Shown here: positions 9,201-17,587 of the stretch, piece after piece | How positions within the stretch are numbered: the stretch's first letter is position 1 | Layout: each line of letters starts with the position of its first letter | Source of the DNA: Clostridia bacterium | Lineage (GTDB): Bacteria; Bacillota; Clostridia; UMGS1883 | DNA length: 64,000 nucleotides | Assembly (NCBI GenBank): GCA_051866635.1 | Contig: JBJDXJ010000049.1 | Location: 31,163 to 95,162 of the forward strand | Direction: 5' to 3' | Program-made: the position numbers and the translations under genes | The notes under the pieces: generated by a model | Told to the model about the DNA's origin: nothing | Databases searched by the model: none | Seen by the model: only the letters and a program-made list of their open reading frames with translations

Positions 9201-11479
9201 GATATGACGGAAACTCTACGGCACAGTCATGGAGAGATCTTGATACCCTCCTTACACAGACAGGTGTTAATAACTATGTAACAATCGGCAATCAGTCCCT
9301 TAAAAATGTTACATACGGCGATCTTACCTCAAACGGCACAAAGGCAGGCATAGTTCTGTTCGGTCGTGCAACAGCAACAAACTCAAGTGTCGGCAAGTTC
9401 ATCCTTCGCGGTACACTTAACAACGCATTTGAAGGTAAGGCATATTCAAACTATGACAAGAGCGGAACAAGTATAGGTTCAAGCTACAGTGCAGCCTATA
9501 TCCAGGCTCAGGTTGACCATATGGACCAGTATCAGTCTGTAACAGGCGACTCAACCGGCGACAACATTATTTACTGGATGTTCAGAATAATGCAGGGTCA
9601 GAGCGAAGGAAGCAACCTTGTTACTCAGGGTGCAAGCGATAACACAAGCCTTTACAACGGTATTGTTGCTAATCCCTCTTGGCTTACAGCACTTCCTGTT
9701 GTAATGGTTAACACTGTGGGTACAAACACAGACAATATCGTTACACTTCTTAAAGAATGTAATGTGCCCACAGAAACAGTTAACTATGTTTATAACGGAA
9801 CAGTGGTTAAATCAGTTCCCAATGCTGCACTTGTCGGCACACTTTACACAAACGACGGCTTCTATGATGAACCTGTCTACAAGCTTATGGCAGGCACAGA
9901 CGGCGAATACTACGTTTCCGAAACCTTCTACACAGCTCCTTCCGCAGGCACAGTTACAAAGGTTGTAAAGGGCAGTGCAGTAGAAGTTGACGTTACAAAG
10001 CTCGGCAATGTTTACTCATCACGAGGCGGTAAGCTTTACGCAGATAAGCTTACAGATGACGGTGCCTACACAGGTAAGGACAGCTTTGCTGCCTTCAACT
10101 GGGGCACTACTCCTGCAGACAGAATAGGTGTAGCGGTTCTCAGTGCAGAAACAGGCAGAAGTGCATATATGCTTTCCGCAACAGAGGTAAGAAAGTACTT
10201 TAACACCTCTGCCGGTGCAACAAAGTTCTATGCAATCCCGGCTGCAACATACCGTTCACTTGACCTTTATAATGCAAGCGAAGTTATCTCCTATATGACA
10301 GATGCTAACCTTGTTGCTACCATAAGCCACGGCAACTGCGGCGATACAAGTGTAGGTACAGCTGAAATTATACTTGACACAGATAAAATTTCTGCAATTG
10401 CAGCAAGCGGTGACGTTGTAATTTTAGGTGACAGCGTAAACGGTCTTTACGGCTTAAAGAACGATATAAGTATTGTTTCTTGCTACGTTGTTGAAAGCAC
10501 AACAGAAGGTGCTACAACTACAACAGTTGTTAAACCCGGCGGCACATACACACTTGGCACGGCTAAAGTTTATGAAGATGGAGATAATAAACTTTATGCA
10601 CCCGAAAGCAATGTAACTGTAACCGGTGATATGACATTTAACGGATATAATACTTTAGGTGCAAACGTTGTTAACGGTGCACAGGTACGTATTGGCGACG
10701 GTGTTGATAAAGACGGCAAGATTTCCACAGGCAGCGGTCTCAGATTTATCACAACGGTTAACGCAGTCGATACAATTGCCGGTCTTACAAATATTACAGA
10801 AATAGGTGTTCGTATTACGGCTGAAGGCAACAGTGCATACAAAGATATTGTTACAACAGACTGGCAGACAGAAGACCACTCGGTATTCACATCTGCTCTC
10901 ACAAACCTTGAAGTAACAAACTACAACCGTAAATTCACAGCTACTCCTTATGTTAAGTATACTGATACAGCAACAGGCGATGAAGTAGTGGTTCTCGGTT
11001 CTACTGAAACTACAAGAAGTATCTATCAGGTAGCCGCAGGTCTCCTTGCAAACGGTTACACAACAGATAACGGTACAGGAAGTGACCCCGAAGACCATAC
11101 AGGTGAAATGCCCGAAGTACTTGTAAAGGTTCTTAACGCATATGTAAACCAGACAGGTATCCGTCTTACACTTGCAGACAGCACACTTACAGCACGTACA
11201 ACAGGCTCAGGTAGCTACACAGGCGACGCATTCTTTGAAGTAAGCGGTGCAACTACAGGAACTGATGAAGAAGGTAATACAACATATACATGTGTACTTA
11301 CACCTGTAGGCAGTGCAAAGATCAATACAAATTACTGGAACGAATATGTAAGAATTAACAACAACAATAAAGCAATTGCCGGATATGTAGAACTCGCAGA
11401 CAACGGCAACAATACATATACACTTACATTTAAGTACGGTAAATATAGTGTAGACAAAGCAGCAGCTTCTGCTGAATAA
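6260..11479 (+). CDS. Large secreted/surface multidomain protein with Ig-like and PI-PLC X-like domains
   Basis: Signal peptide ending TASA; Ig-like LPAT...VTWTSSNTSVISNTGVVT; PI-PLC motifs LGAHNA, LRAGARYFDIRV, HPGEIIVLDF; GGAGG RBS. Confidence 0.8.
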   Translation: MKLKRFLAIVISLAMVLSIVPAFSLTASAADITDAALLAYATSSTTALFDATNPAPTAVSDTAIATAWPESGWSGTINNGYLNVNAGPRIQCYIGSYTNGGQAANFVNLGSGYGSGNDWVLLRFTAEYTCAWGDLALYDIDGNILTAVRYGTGDSNCFAPSWGHSGWGTPYSFSNYTLSAEGVVANLTSGSSLIDILLRNYDPDGTASSGDEYYTATFFVNGTSVCVGTYTGLGNFNGLGKIGMSRGSGNSWERISMKTPLVYAGDYPATSDASTIAAALSALSVPALTKGVDITLPATATDSMGTTVDVTWTSSNTSVISNTGVVTAPAALTEVTLTPSATFEEATVTGSAKKVTVFPASYAKDSMYGYYKIGDKVDTSSISWYHRQTTDGSVGVDGLTTTTENGVTYYTFPALGGVGGTNARTSIGITAGNSYLVRFYYGGTALGNGAGNTYNKVYTTAGAYNDEVALDYVSGTASTGITTTANVWTEIQTVFTASEGANFLTFVYSWLDAGLKIADVELYNVTDLSKTVTLNILDVDGNTVKTLEERCISGGSVTFEAQSFASNGIFYTTEEKTYENVTEDATYTIFATADASKYASVESYTWNYTTGADISSTLTKGNISGLSDTLMTINWGNTRQGIINFNVPITSGQQLASATLTLRLGGQQGDSVGFDVYAMPKSKSPKVAAAPDSAAGVKVGSYSGSYSGEAQDAVIEVPLTFSDYVDTSEGLTLRLAANSQMGVYWGANQGERAPFLSNITMGEITATAVTVNCVDTNSTLLQTGTQYHTSFYGYNSELIYPELEIPTIDGYIFKSKSVSGTTVTLKYAQDTQDDYFFDNITNMNTRFISLNMLGAHNAFTSEMTDKSDAAALKQENSMGGAYGGALAPNTALPRSKAQDKDTLEMLRAGARYFDIRVSRSESNSSYLGVSAKHTNGVMYTTHALLGGELRPILYTIAQWAETHPGEIIVLDFQEFYDYNSGYDGNSTAQSWRDLDTLLTQTGVNNYVTIGNQSLKNVTYGDLTSNGTKAGIVLFGRATATNSSVGKFILRGTLNNAFEGKAYSNYDKSGTSIGSSYSAAYIQAQVDHMDQYQSVTGDSTGDNIIYWMFRIMQGQSEGSNLVTQGASDNTSLYNGIVANPSWLTALPVVMVNTVGTNTDNIVTLLKECNVPTETVNYVYNGTVVKSVPNAALVGTLYTNDGFYDEPVYKLMAGTDGEYYVSETFYTAPSAGTVTKVVKGSAVEVDVTKLGNVYSSRGGKLYADKLTDDGAYTGKDSFAAFNWGTTPADRIGVAVLSAETGRSAYMLSATEVRKYFNTSAGATKFYAIPAATYRSLDLYNASEVISYMTDANLVATISHGNCGDTSVGTAEIILDTDKISAIAASGDVVILGDSVNGLYGLKNDISIVSCYVVESTTEGATTTTVVKPGGTYTLGTAKVYEDGDNKLYAPESNVTVTGDMTFNGYNTLGANVVNGAQVRIGDGVDKDGKISTGSGLRFITTVNAVDTIAGLTNITEIGVRITAEGNSAYKDIVTTDWQTEDHSVFTSALTNLEVTNYNRKFTATPYVKYTDTATGDEVVVLGSTETTRSIYQVAAGLLANGYTTDNGTGSDPEDHTGEMPEVLVKVLNAYVNQTGIRLTLADSTLTARTTGSGSYTGDAFFEVSGATTGTDEEGNTTYTCVLTPVGSAKINTNYWNEYVRINNNNKAIAGYVELADNGNNTYTLTFKYGKYSVDKAAASAE

Positions 11480-11485
11480 TCAAAC

Positions 11486-11520
11486 ACAAAAGAAGCTCCC
11501 AAATCGGGAGCTTCTTTTGT
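11486..11520 (+). terminator. Intrinsic terminator
   Basis: ACAAAAGAAGCTCCC-AAATC-GGGAGCTTCTTTTGT. Confidence 0.85.
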
Positions 11521-11580
11521 ACTATTAAACAAATTTCTAAAATCCGTTGACAAAGCACTATTTTAGATGTACAATGAATG

Positions 11581-11675
11581 CGGAAAAAGGCAAGACCTCA
11601 AACGGTTATGCCAAAAGAAAACGTTTTATAAAAGAGTAACGCTAACTTTTGTCAGGGGCTGGCGTTACTTTTTTA
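11581..11675 (+). ncRNA. Putative antisense antitoxin RNA (type I TA)
   Basis: TTGACA-N17-TACAAT at 11547-11575; no ORF; terminator AGTAACGCTA...TGGCGTTACTTTTTT overlapping the 3' end of a convergent small ORF. Confidence 0.6.
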
Positions 11676-11733
11676 TGGTGATTACTAAAAGTAAAAGAAC
11701 AATCATAAAATAAATTATGTATTCATTTCCCAT
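11665..11733 (-). CDS. Putative type I toxin, 22-aa hydrophobic peptide MGNEYIIYFMIVLLLLVITIKK
   Basis: Strong GGGGGAGG RBS that can pair with upstream ATCCTCTC; single TM helix with basic C-terminus. Confidence 0.65.
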   Translation of the reverse strand: MGNEYIIYFMIVLLLLVITIKK

Positions 11734-12066
11734 AAGTATCCTCCCCCTTCTATCGAAAATGAGAGGATGGAATAACCGCCCGGCTTTTACACTGTTTTCA
11801 GTCTTATCTTTAACATCGGATTGCTCCGACAAGGTACAGTATACACTAAATTTATACATCTTTTTATAAAACTCTGCCCTGCAACTTTTCGGTTGCAGGG
11901 CATTTTAATGCTAAAAATACGATTAGTTGCAGATGTATTGATTTTGCAACATATCCTGTGTATTTTTAGAATGCTTACGAAAAAATAAAAAAATTCGTGC
12001 AAACTGTTGATTTTTTCGTGCAAATTAAATATAATAATAGTGAAGCCAAGAAAAGGAGATGATTAT

Positions 12067-12342
12067 ATGGCAACTTCAACTAATATAAGTATTCGTATGG
12101 ATACCGAAACAAAAGCAAAAGCTGACGCACTTTTCGCCGAATTGGGTATGAATTTAACAACAGCTTTTAACATTTTTGTACGCCAATCGCTCAGAGAAGG
12201 TAAAATACCATTTGAAATATCACTTAATCAGCCTAACGCAGAAACAATAGCAGCTATGATGGAGGCAGAGAGGATAGCAACCGACACATCTGTTAAAGGA
12301 TATACAGATATGGATAAGATGTTTGCCGACCTTGCCCGATGA
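12067..12342 (+). CDS. dinJ: RelB/DinJ family antitoxin
   Basis: ISIRMD..K..AD.LF.ELGMNLTTAFNIFVRQ..REGKIPFEI...PNAET. Confidence 0.9.
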   Translation: MATSTNISIRMDTETKAKADALFAELGMNLTTAFNIFVRQSLREGKIPFEISLNQPNAETIAAMMEAERIATDTSVKGYTDMDKMFADLAR

Positions 12343-12629
12343 ACAAAACAAAATATGAGGTAAAAACCACCTCACAGTTTAAAAAAGATTATAAAGCTGC
12401 AATTAAGCGTAATTGTGATATTGAGCATTTACAAAAGGTAATTACAAAATTGGCTAACGGCGAAAATCTTGATGATAAATACTATGACCATCCATTGACA
12501 GGACAATGGAAAGGATACCGAGAATGCCACATTGAGCCGGATTGGTTATTGATTTATTTAATCAAGAAAGATGTTCTTGTTTTAACTCTTACACGAACAG
12601 GGACACATTCAGACTTATTTGGAAAATAA
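12339..12629 (+). CDS. yafQ: YafQ family mRNA interferase toxin
   Basis: FKKDYK, DHPLTG.WKGYRECHIEPDWLLIY, RTGTHSDLF; ATGA overlap with the antitoxin. Confidence 0.92.
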   Translation: MNKTKYEVKTTSQFKKDYKAAIKRNCDIEHLQKVITKLANGENLDDKYYDHPLTGQWKGYRECHIEPDWLLIYLIKKDVLVLTLTRTGTHSDLFGK

Positions 12630-12639
12630 AAATCATTTA

Positions 12640-12782
12640 AGGGAGAAGCACAAAATTGGCTTCTCCCTGAACAAAGTGTCTCCTCGCTTTTGGCAATAGT
12701 TGCCTCTGAAGCACACAGAGGAGAAAACACTTTGTTACGCCATGTGCGTTTTCCTCGTTTGCGAGGAAATTCTCGCACGGCA
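12640..12782. repeat. Multi-hairpin intergenic element (MITE/REP-like)
   Basis: Consecutive stems AGGGAGAAGC/GCTTCTCCCT, AACAAAGTGT/ACACTTTGTT, TTTCCTCG/CGAGGAAA. Confidence 0.45.
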
Positions 12783-12795
12783 ATAAAATCAAATT

Positions 12796-12840
12796 TTTTT
12801 TACATTATAGGAAATGAGGAATTTCCTATAATGTAAAAAA
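12796..12840. repeat. Palindrome with 20-bp arms; related inverted copy at 4222-4251
   Basis: TTTTTTACATTATAGGAAAT-GAGGA-ATTTCCTATAATGTAAAAAA. Confidence 0.8.
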
Positions 12841-12922
12841 GCTCCCACAAGGGAGCTTCTTTTGATATATTAAAACAAATTTCACGGGACGATGAGGGCA
12901 TCGTCCCCGGTGGTAAATATGA

Positions 12923-15229
12923 TTAGTCGCTGACGGTTTTTATTGTGACGGAGGCGCTTTCTAACCCCGGGGCGGAAACTGTTAAAACAGCCTCGCCGGG
13001 AACAGAGGTTGATTTAACATAGATAACGGCGTTGCCGTTATGTAATTTGCGGTAGTTTGCACTATATGGTGTAACATCAAAGCCCGAGCCGTTTTCAATG
13101 CCTGCAATTTTGCATGAAAGTGAGGAAAGCTGTGCGGTGATTACAATGTCTTTCCAGTTAACCTTGATGCCATTTCTGTCTAAAGCCATTACTTCGACGC
13201 GGATTGTATCGTAGCTGTCATTTTTTAAAGTAAGCCTTTCGGTTGTAAGGGACAATCGAGCGGGTTCAAGGGTTGTTTTTAAAACATATTCACAGCCTTC
13301 TGCCTTAGCCTTTAATTCACCCTCTTCAAAGGGAACGTCCCATATAATTGTATTGCCGTGCTCAATGTCATCTGCGGCTTTAACGCCCAAGGATTTGCCA
13401 TTTAAGAACAGCTCAGCCTCTTTCATATTTGTGTAAGCCACAATTTCGCAATTTGTACCGCTTTCAAAATTCCAATGTTCACAGAACCATTGGGGGCGTT
13501 TTTTGTGATGGGGGGCGTTTTCGTCAGACTTTTCACGGGCGAAAATATAAATATAAGGTTCATTGCACCAAAGTGTTTTTCTAAAATGCCAGGAGGGCTT
13601 TTTAAAACCGCCCATATCCAAAAGCCCGGGCATAGATGCGTGTATGGGCCAACCGTGTGCCTCACCTAAATAGTCAATACCTGTCCACAAAAACTGCCCT
13701 GCAATATAGTCGTTGTCCCTTACCGCAGTCCAAGCCTTGTAGCTGTGGGAGTTTTCGCTTCCGTAAATTACGCTATTTGGGAAACGCTTGTGGTCTGTTT
13801 CATACAAATGCTCCTTGTAGTTATAGCCTGCAATGTCCAGTGCTTGAAAATATCCTGTATTTGTGGACAATTCAGGAAATGCTAACGCCGCTGTAACAGG
13901 GCGTGTATTGTCGCACTCTTTAACCCATTGCACAAGTTTTTTTGCGATAACCGCAAGGCGTTCTGCGTTTGGCTTGTTGGGGTCATACATTCTTTCAATT
14001 TCAGGCTTGTTGTGGTCGTTGTTGCCTGTCATGGAAGAAAATGTAGGGTGGCAATATGGGTCATTTGGATAATCAATCTCGTTGCCGATGGACCACATTA
14101 CAACAGAGGGGTGGTTTCTGTCACGAAGAACCATTGCCTTTATGTCCTTTTCTCCCCACTGGGGGAAATCTTCAAAATAACCAAAGCGTTTGGAGGGATA
14201 AACATTATGCCCTTGCCACCATTTGTTTTTGGGACCTTCCCATTCGTCAAAGGCTTCGTCCATGGTGATAAAGCCCAGTTCATCGCAAAGGTCCAAAAGT
14301 GTTGGGTCAGGAGGATTGTGGCTTGTACGAAGGGCGTTTGTGCCACATTCCTTCAATTTTAAAAGCCTGTCACGCCACACGGACGCAGGCACAGCCGCAC
14401 CAAGGCAACCTGCATCATGGTGAACGCATACGCCCTTAAGCTTTATGTTTTCACCGTTTAAGAAAAAGCCTTTGTCGGGGTCAAATTTAAAATACCTTAT
14501 GCCAAATGGTGTATACAAAGTATCGGTTATTTCACCATCTACCAAAACCTCTGTTTTAAGGGTGTAAAGATAGGGGCTTTCAGGCGACCAAAGACGGGGG
14601 AAGGATACGGTTAAGGTATCGGAGCCTGATGAAACAATACTGCCTTTATTGTCCAAAACAGTGTTTTTTACATCTGCATGCACAGTTGTTTCACATTCAA
14701 CACAAACTTTGGCTTCATCCTTTGAAATTTCGGGTGTTGTAATAAAAAGTGTGTCGGGGACTACAGAAGCCTTATCACAGATTGTTATATAAACCCTTCT
14801 TGTAATGCCTGTGCCTGTGTACCAGCGAGAATCGGCAGTTTCTTCACGATTTACCATAACGCTTACAACGTTTTCCTCATCTGCAAATTCCGTTACATCA
14901 TATGTAAAGGTGGAGTAACCGTAGGGACGTTTGCCAAGGTAGTTTGAATTAAACCACACTTTTGAATTGTTATAAACCCCTTCAAAGGTGATGTACACTT
15001 TAAAGTTGCCCTTTGGAATTGTGAAGCGGTTTCGGTAAAAGCATTTTCCGCCGGGAAGGTAGCCTGTACCGGAGGAATTGGATTTGTCAAACTGCTCTGT
15101 AACGCTCATGTCGTGGGGTACGGTGACGGAAAGCCAAGAGGAGTCATCAAAACCTTTGTAAAAGCCCATGGGTTCGTCACCTTTATGAAATTTCCAGCCC
15201 GAATTTAAAAATATTGTTTTTCTTTCCAT
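12923..15229 (-). CDS. Glycoside hydrolase family 2 (beta-galactosidase-like)
   Basis: LKGVCVHHD.G.LG, RTSHNP, RDRNHPSVVMWSIGNE, FLWTGIDYLGE. Confidence 0.92.
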   Translation of the reverse strand: MERKTIFLNSGWKFHKGDEPMGFYKGFDDSSWLSVTVPHDMSVTEQFDKSNSSGTGYLPGGKCFYRNRFTIPKGNFKVYITFEGVYNNSKVWFNSNYLGKRPYGYSTFTYDVTEFADEENVVSVMVNREETADSRWYTGTGITRRVYITICDKASVVPDTLFITTPEISKDEAKVCVECETTVHADVKNTVLDNKGSIVSSGSDTLTVSFPRLWSPESPYLYTLKTEVLVDGEITDTLYTPFGIRYFKFDPDKGFFLNGENIKLKGVCVHHDAGCLGAAVPASVWRDRLLKLKECGTNALRTSHNPPDPTLLDLCDELGFITMDEAFDEWEGPKNKWWQGHNVYPSKRFGYFEDFPQWGEKDIKAMVLRDRNHPSVVMWSIGNEIDYPNDPYCHPTFSSMTGNNDHNKPEIERMYDPNKPNAERLAVIAKKLVQWVKECDNTRPVTAALAFPELSTNTGYFQALDIAGYNYKEHLYETDHKRFPNSVIYGSENSHSYKAWTAVRDNDYIAGQFLWTGIDYLGEAHGWPIHASMPGLLDMGGFKKPSWHFRKTLWCNEPYIYIFAREKSDENAPHHKKRPQWFCEHWNFESGTNCEIVAYTNMKEAELFLNGKSLGVKAADDIEHGNTIIWDVPFEEGELKAKAEGCEYVLKTTLEPARLSLTTERLTLKNDSYDTIRVEVMALDRNGIKVNWKDIVITAQLSSLSCKIAGIENGSGFDVTPYSANYRKLHNGNAVIYVKSTSVPGEAVLTVSAPGLESASVTIKTVSD

Positions 15230-15248
15230 ACTCCCATCTCCTTATAAA

Positions 15249-15315
15249 TTTACCACTGGGGACAGGTTCATTTTGGTAAATTTTTTACCAAAATGAACCT
15301 GTCCCCAGTGGTAAA
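15249..15315. repeat. Perfect inverted repeat with 32-bp arms (REP-like)
   Basis: TTTACCACTGGGGACAGGTTCATTTTGGTAAA-TTT-exact reverse complement. Confidence 0.85.
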
Positions 15316-15319
15316 ATGG

Positions 15320-15808
15320 TTAGTAGCCTAATGTTTCGCCTAAAGAATCGTCATTTTCAATCCATGTGTTTACGTCAACAGTTGTGTACTTGTCGAGACT
15401 GTTACGGATAATGACTTTTTCAATGCCTGCATTAATAATTGCACGCTTGCACATTGCACAGCTTGAGGCACCTTCAACAAATTCGCCTGTTTCCACATCT
15501 TTGCCTACAAGGTACAAGGTTGCACCTAACATATCACGGCGTGATGCGGAAATAATTGCATTTTCTTCGGCATGGACACTGCGGCACAATTCGTACCGCT
15601 GTCCACGGGGAATATTCATTGCAATACGGCGGCAGAAGCCAAGGTCGATACAGTTCTTTCTTCCCCTTGGTGCACCTGTATAGCCTGTGGAAATAATTTC
15701 ATCGTTTTTTACAATAATAGCTCCGTAATTTCGTCTTAAGCATGTGCCTCTTTCCAAAACAGATGTAGCAATGTCAAGGTAGTAGTTAACCTTATCACGT
15801 CTATTCAT
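15320..15808 (-). CDS. dCMP deaminase family protein
   Basis: TCLRR.YGAIIV, HAEENAI, SCAMC zinc motifs. Confidence 0.9.
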   Translation of the reverse strand: MNRRDKVNYYLDIATSVLERGTCLRRNYGAIIVKNDEIISTGYTGAPRGRKNCIDLGFCRRIAMNIPRGQRYELCRSVHAEENAIISASRRDMLGATLYLVGKDVETGEFVEGASSCAMCKRAIINAGIEKVIIRNSLDKYTTVDVNTWIENDDSLGETLGY

Positions 15809-15821
15809 AATAATCTCCATT

Positions 15822-15990
15822 CCGCCGCCTTGCGTCGGCACAAATAGTAATTAAATTAATCTCTTATCCGCAAGGCAAGGAATGTAAGAGATTATTACGC
15901 ACATTGCCGTTTCGCACTATATGTGCGAAACTAAGGCAGTGCATAAATTCCATCGGAGGCTTAACGTGAAAACTTCACGTTAACACCGCC
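15822..15990. repeat. Multi-hairpin intergenic element (MITE-like or structured RNA)
   Basis: Stems TAATCTCTTA/TAAGAGATTA, GTTTCGCAC/GTGCGAAAC, TTAACGTGAA/TTCACGTTAA. Confidence 0.45.
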
Positions 15991-17412
15991 TTACATTATA
16001 ACAATCTTGGAAGCGTAGAACTTACCGTCCTTCAATGTACCGGATGCTACGATATAATCGTCAATATTTAAGGAAAGGAAGTCAACAGCAGCACCTGAAA
16101 TTGCGTTTGTAATAACAGCACCTGTGGCAATGAAAATTTCCTTTTCCGATACGGCACCTGTGTTCTGGTTTGTAACCTTAACGTAAAGACTGCGGTTTGT
16201 AATGTTTACCTTTGAAATAGGCCCTTCGGCAGTAACGGTTACAACGGATACTGTTGTAGGTGCAGTCACTTTAAGATGTGTGACCTTTCCTTCTGTAAAT
16301 TCTGCTGTTGCACTGTAGCCAACCCTTAAGTCGTAAACTGTGGAAGCGGCATCATTTACATATATCTGTGCAGAAGGGGAAATTTCATACTGAACAGAAT
16401 CGATAATAACACTGTTTGAACTTCCAAGCACAATACCTGTTATAGTGCCCTCTACAGGGTCAACCTGCACAGTTTCCGCTACAGTTTCAGTGCCGTCCCA
16501 ACGGTTTTGCTCTGTATTTACAATTTCAACATCGGAAAGAACATTGTTAATGTAGAAAAATGCCACGGATGCACCGGCAGAGGCATGGTCAAGGTTATCT
16601 GTTAAAATGCCGTCAATAAGAATGTTAACGTTATCTTCAATCTTGAAAATAGTGGGAGCACCCTCCCCTGTTGTATATGTGATGGTTTTTGCAATGTTGT
16701 TTTTGCCAACCAAGGTCACATAGCTTGCAGAAGTGGGCGCTTTATCCAGAACCCTGTGCAAAAGAACGGCAACCTGTGCCCTTGTTACGGAAGAATAGGG
16801 CTCAAAATAAATGTTATTGGGAAATTCGGGGTTATAAACACCGTTCATAAGCGAAGCTTTTGTAACAAAGTCAACATAGCTTTCGGCAGAAATGGGAATT
16901 TCACCTGAGTCGGAATAAATAAGCGAAATATCCTCATGTGCGGCAAGAGAGTCCTCAGCACGCATAAGCTTTACCAAAAGTTCAGCCATTTCATAGCGGA
17001 GAAGGGGGGAGGAGGCTCTGTCATTAGAGATAAATGCAGGAAGCTCCTCTTTTGTTAAAATGCCCTTGTACATAAGGTATGCCACTTCGTTGGGGTAAGG
17101 TGTGCCGTAAGGGGTAATAATATCCTTATAGGCTTCATATGCCGCATTTGTAAAGGTGGAGTAATCGGCAGTTACAAAGCCTGCAACACGTGAAATTAAA
17201 ACAAGAGCCTCGGTTTTTGTAATAGCCTTGTCAGGACGGAAGGTGCCGTCTGTATAACCTTTTATAATGCCTAAGGTGGTCATTTCCTCAATCTGAGGTT
17301 CTGCCCAGGCGTGAAATTCGTTAAGGTCGGAAAAGCTTGATGCCGCAAAAGCAGAAGTTGAAGATATAATCATTGCGGCTGAAAGTGCCAATGCAGTAAT
17401 TCGTTTTTTCAT
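15991..17412 (-). CDS. S-layer homology (SLH) domain protein
   Basis: Signal peptide; SLH motifs GIIKGYTDGTFRPDKAITK.E and F.PYSSVTRAQ. Confidence 0.88.
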   Translation of the reverse strand: MKKRITALALSAAMIISSTSAFAASSFSDLNEFHAWAEPQIEEMTTLGIIKGYTDGTFRPDKAITKTEALVLISRVAGFVTADYSTFTNAAYEAYKDIITPYGTPYPNEVAYLMYKGILTKEELPAFISNDRASSPLLRYEMAELLVKLMRAEDSLAAHEDISLIYSDSGEIPISAESYVDFVTKASLMNGVYNPEFPNNIYFEPYSSVTRAQVAVLLHRVLDKAPTSASYVTLVGKNNIAKTITYTTGEGAPTIFKIEDNVNILIDGILTDNLDHASAGASVAFFYINNVLSDVEIVNTEQNRWDGTETVAETVQVDPVEGTITGIVLGSSNSVIIDSVQYEISPSAQIYVNDAASTVYDLRVGYSATAEFTEGKVTHLKVTAPTTVSVVTVTAEGPISKVNITNRSLYVKVTNQNTGAVSEKEIFIATGAVITNAISGAAVDFLSLNIDDYIVASGTLKDGKFYASKIVIM

Positions 17413-17587
17413 TATAAAACCTCCGTAAAAGAATGATATATATTATATATATCATATTATCATATTGAGAAAGAAACTTCAACAAAAAATTAATGAAAAG
17501 TTCATTTGACAAATATTATAAATATGATATACTAACCACATAAATCGAATGCGTAAAAAACACGCAGAATGAAAGCGAGGCTATGAT

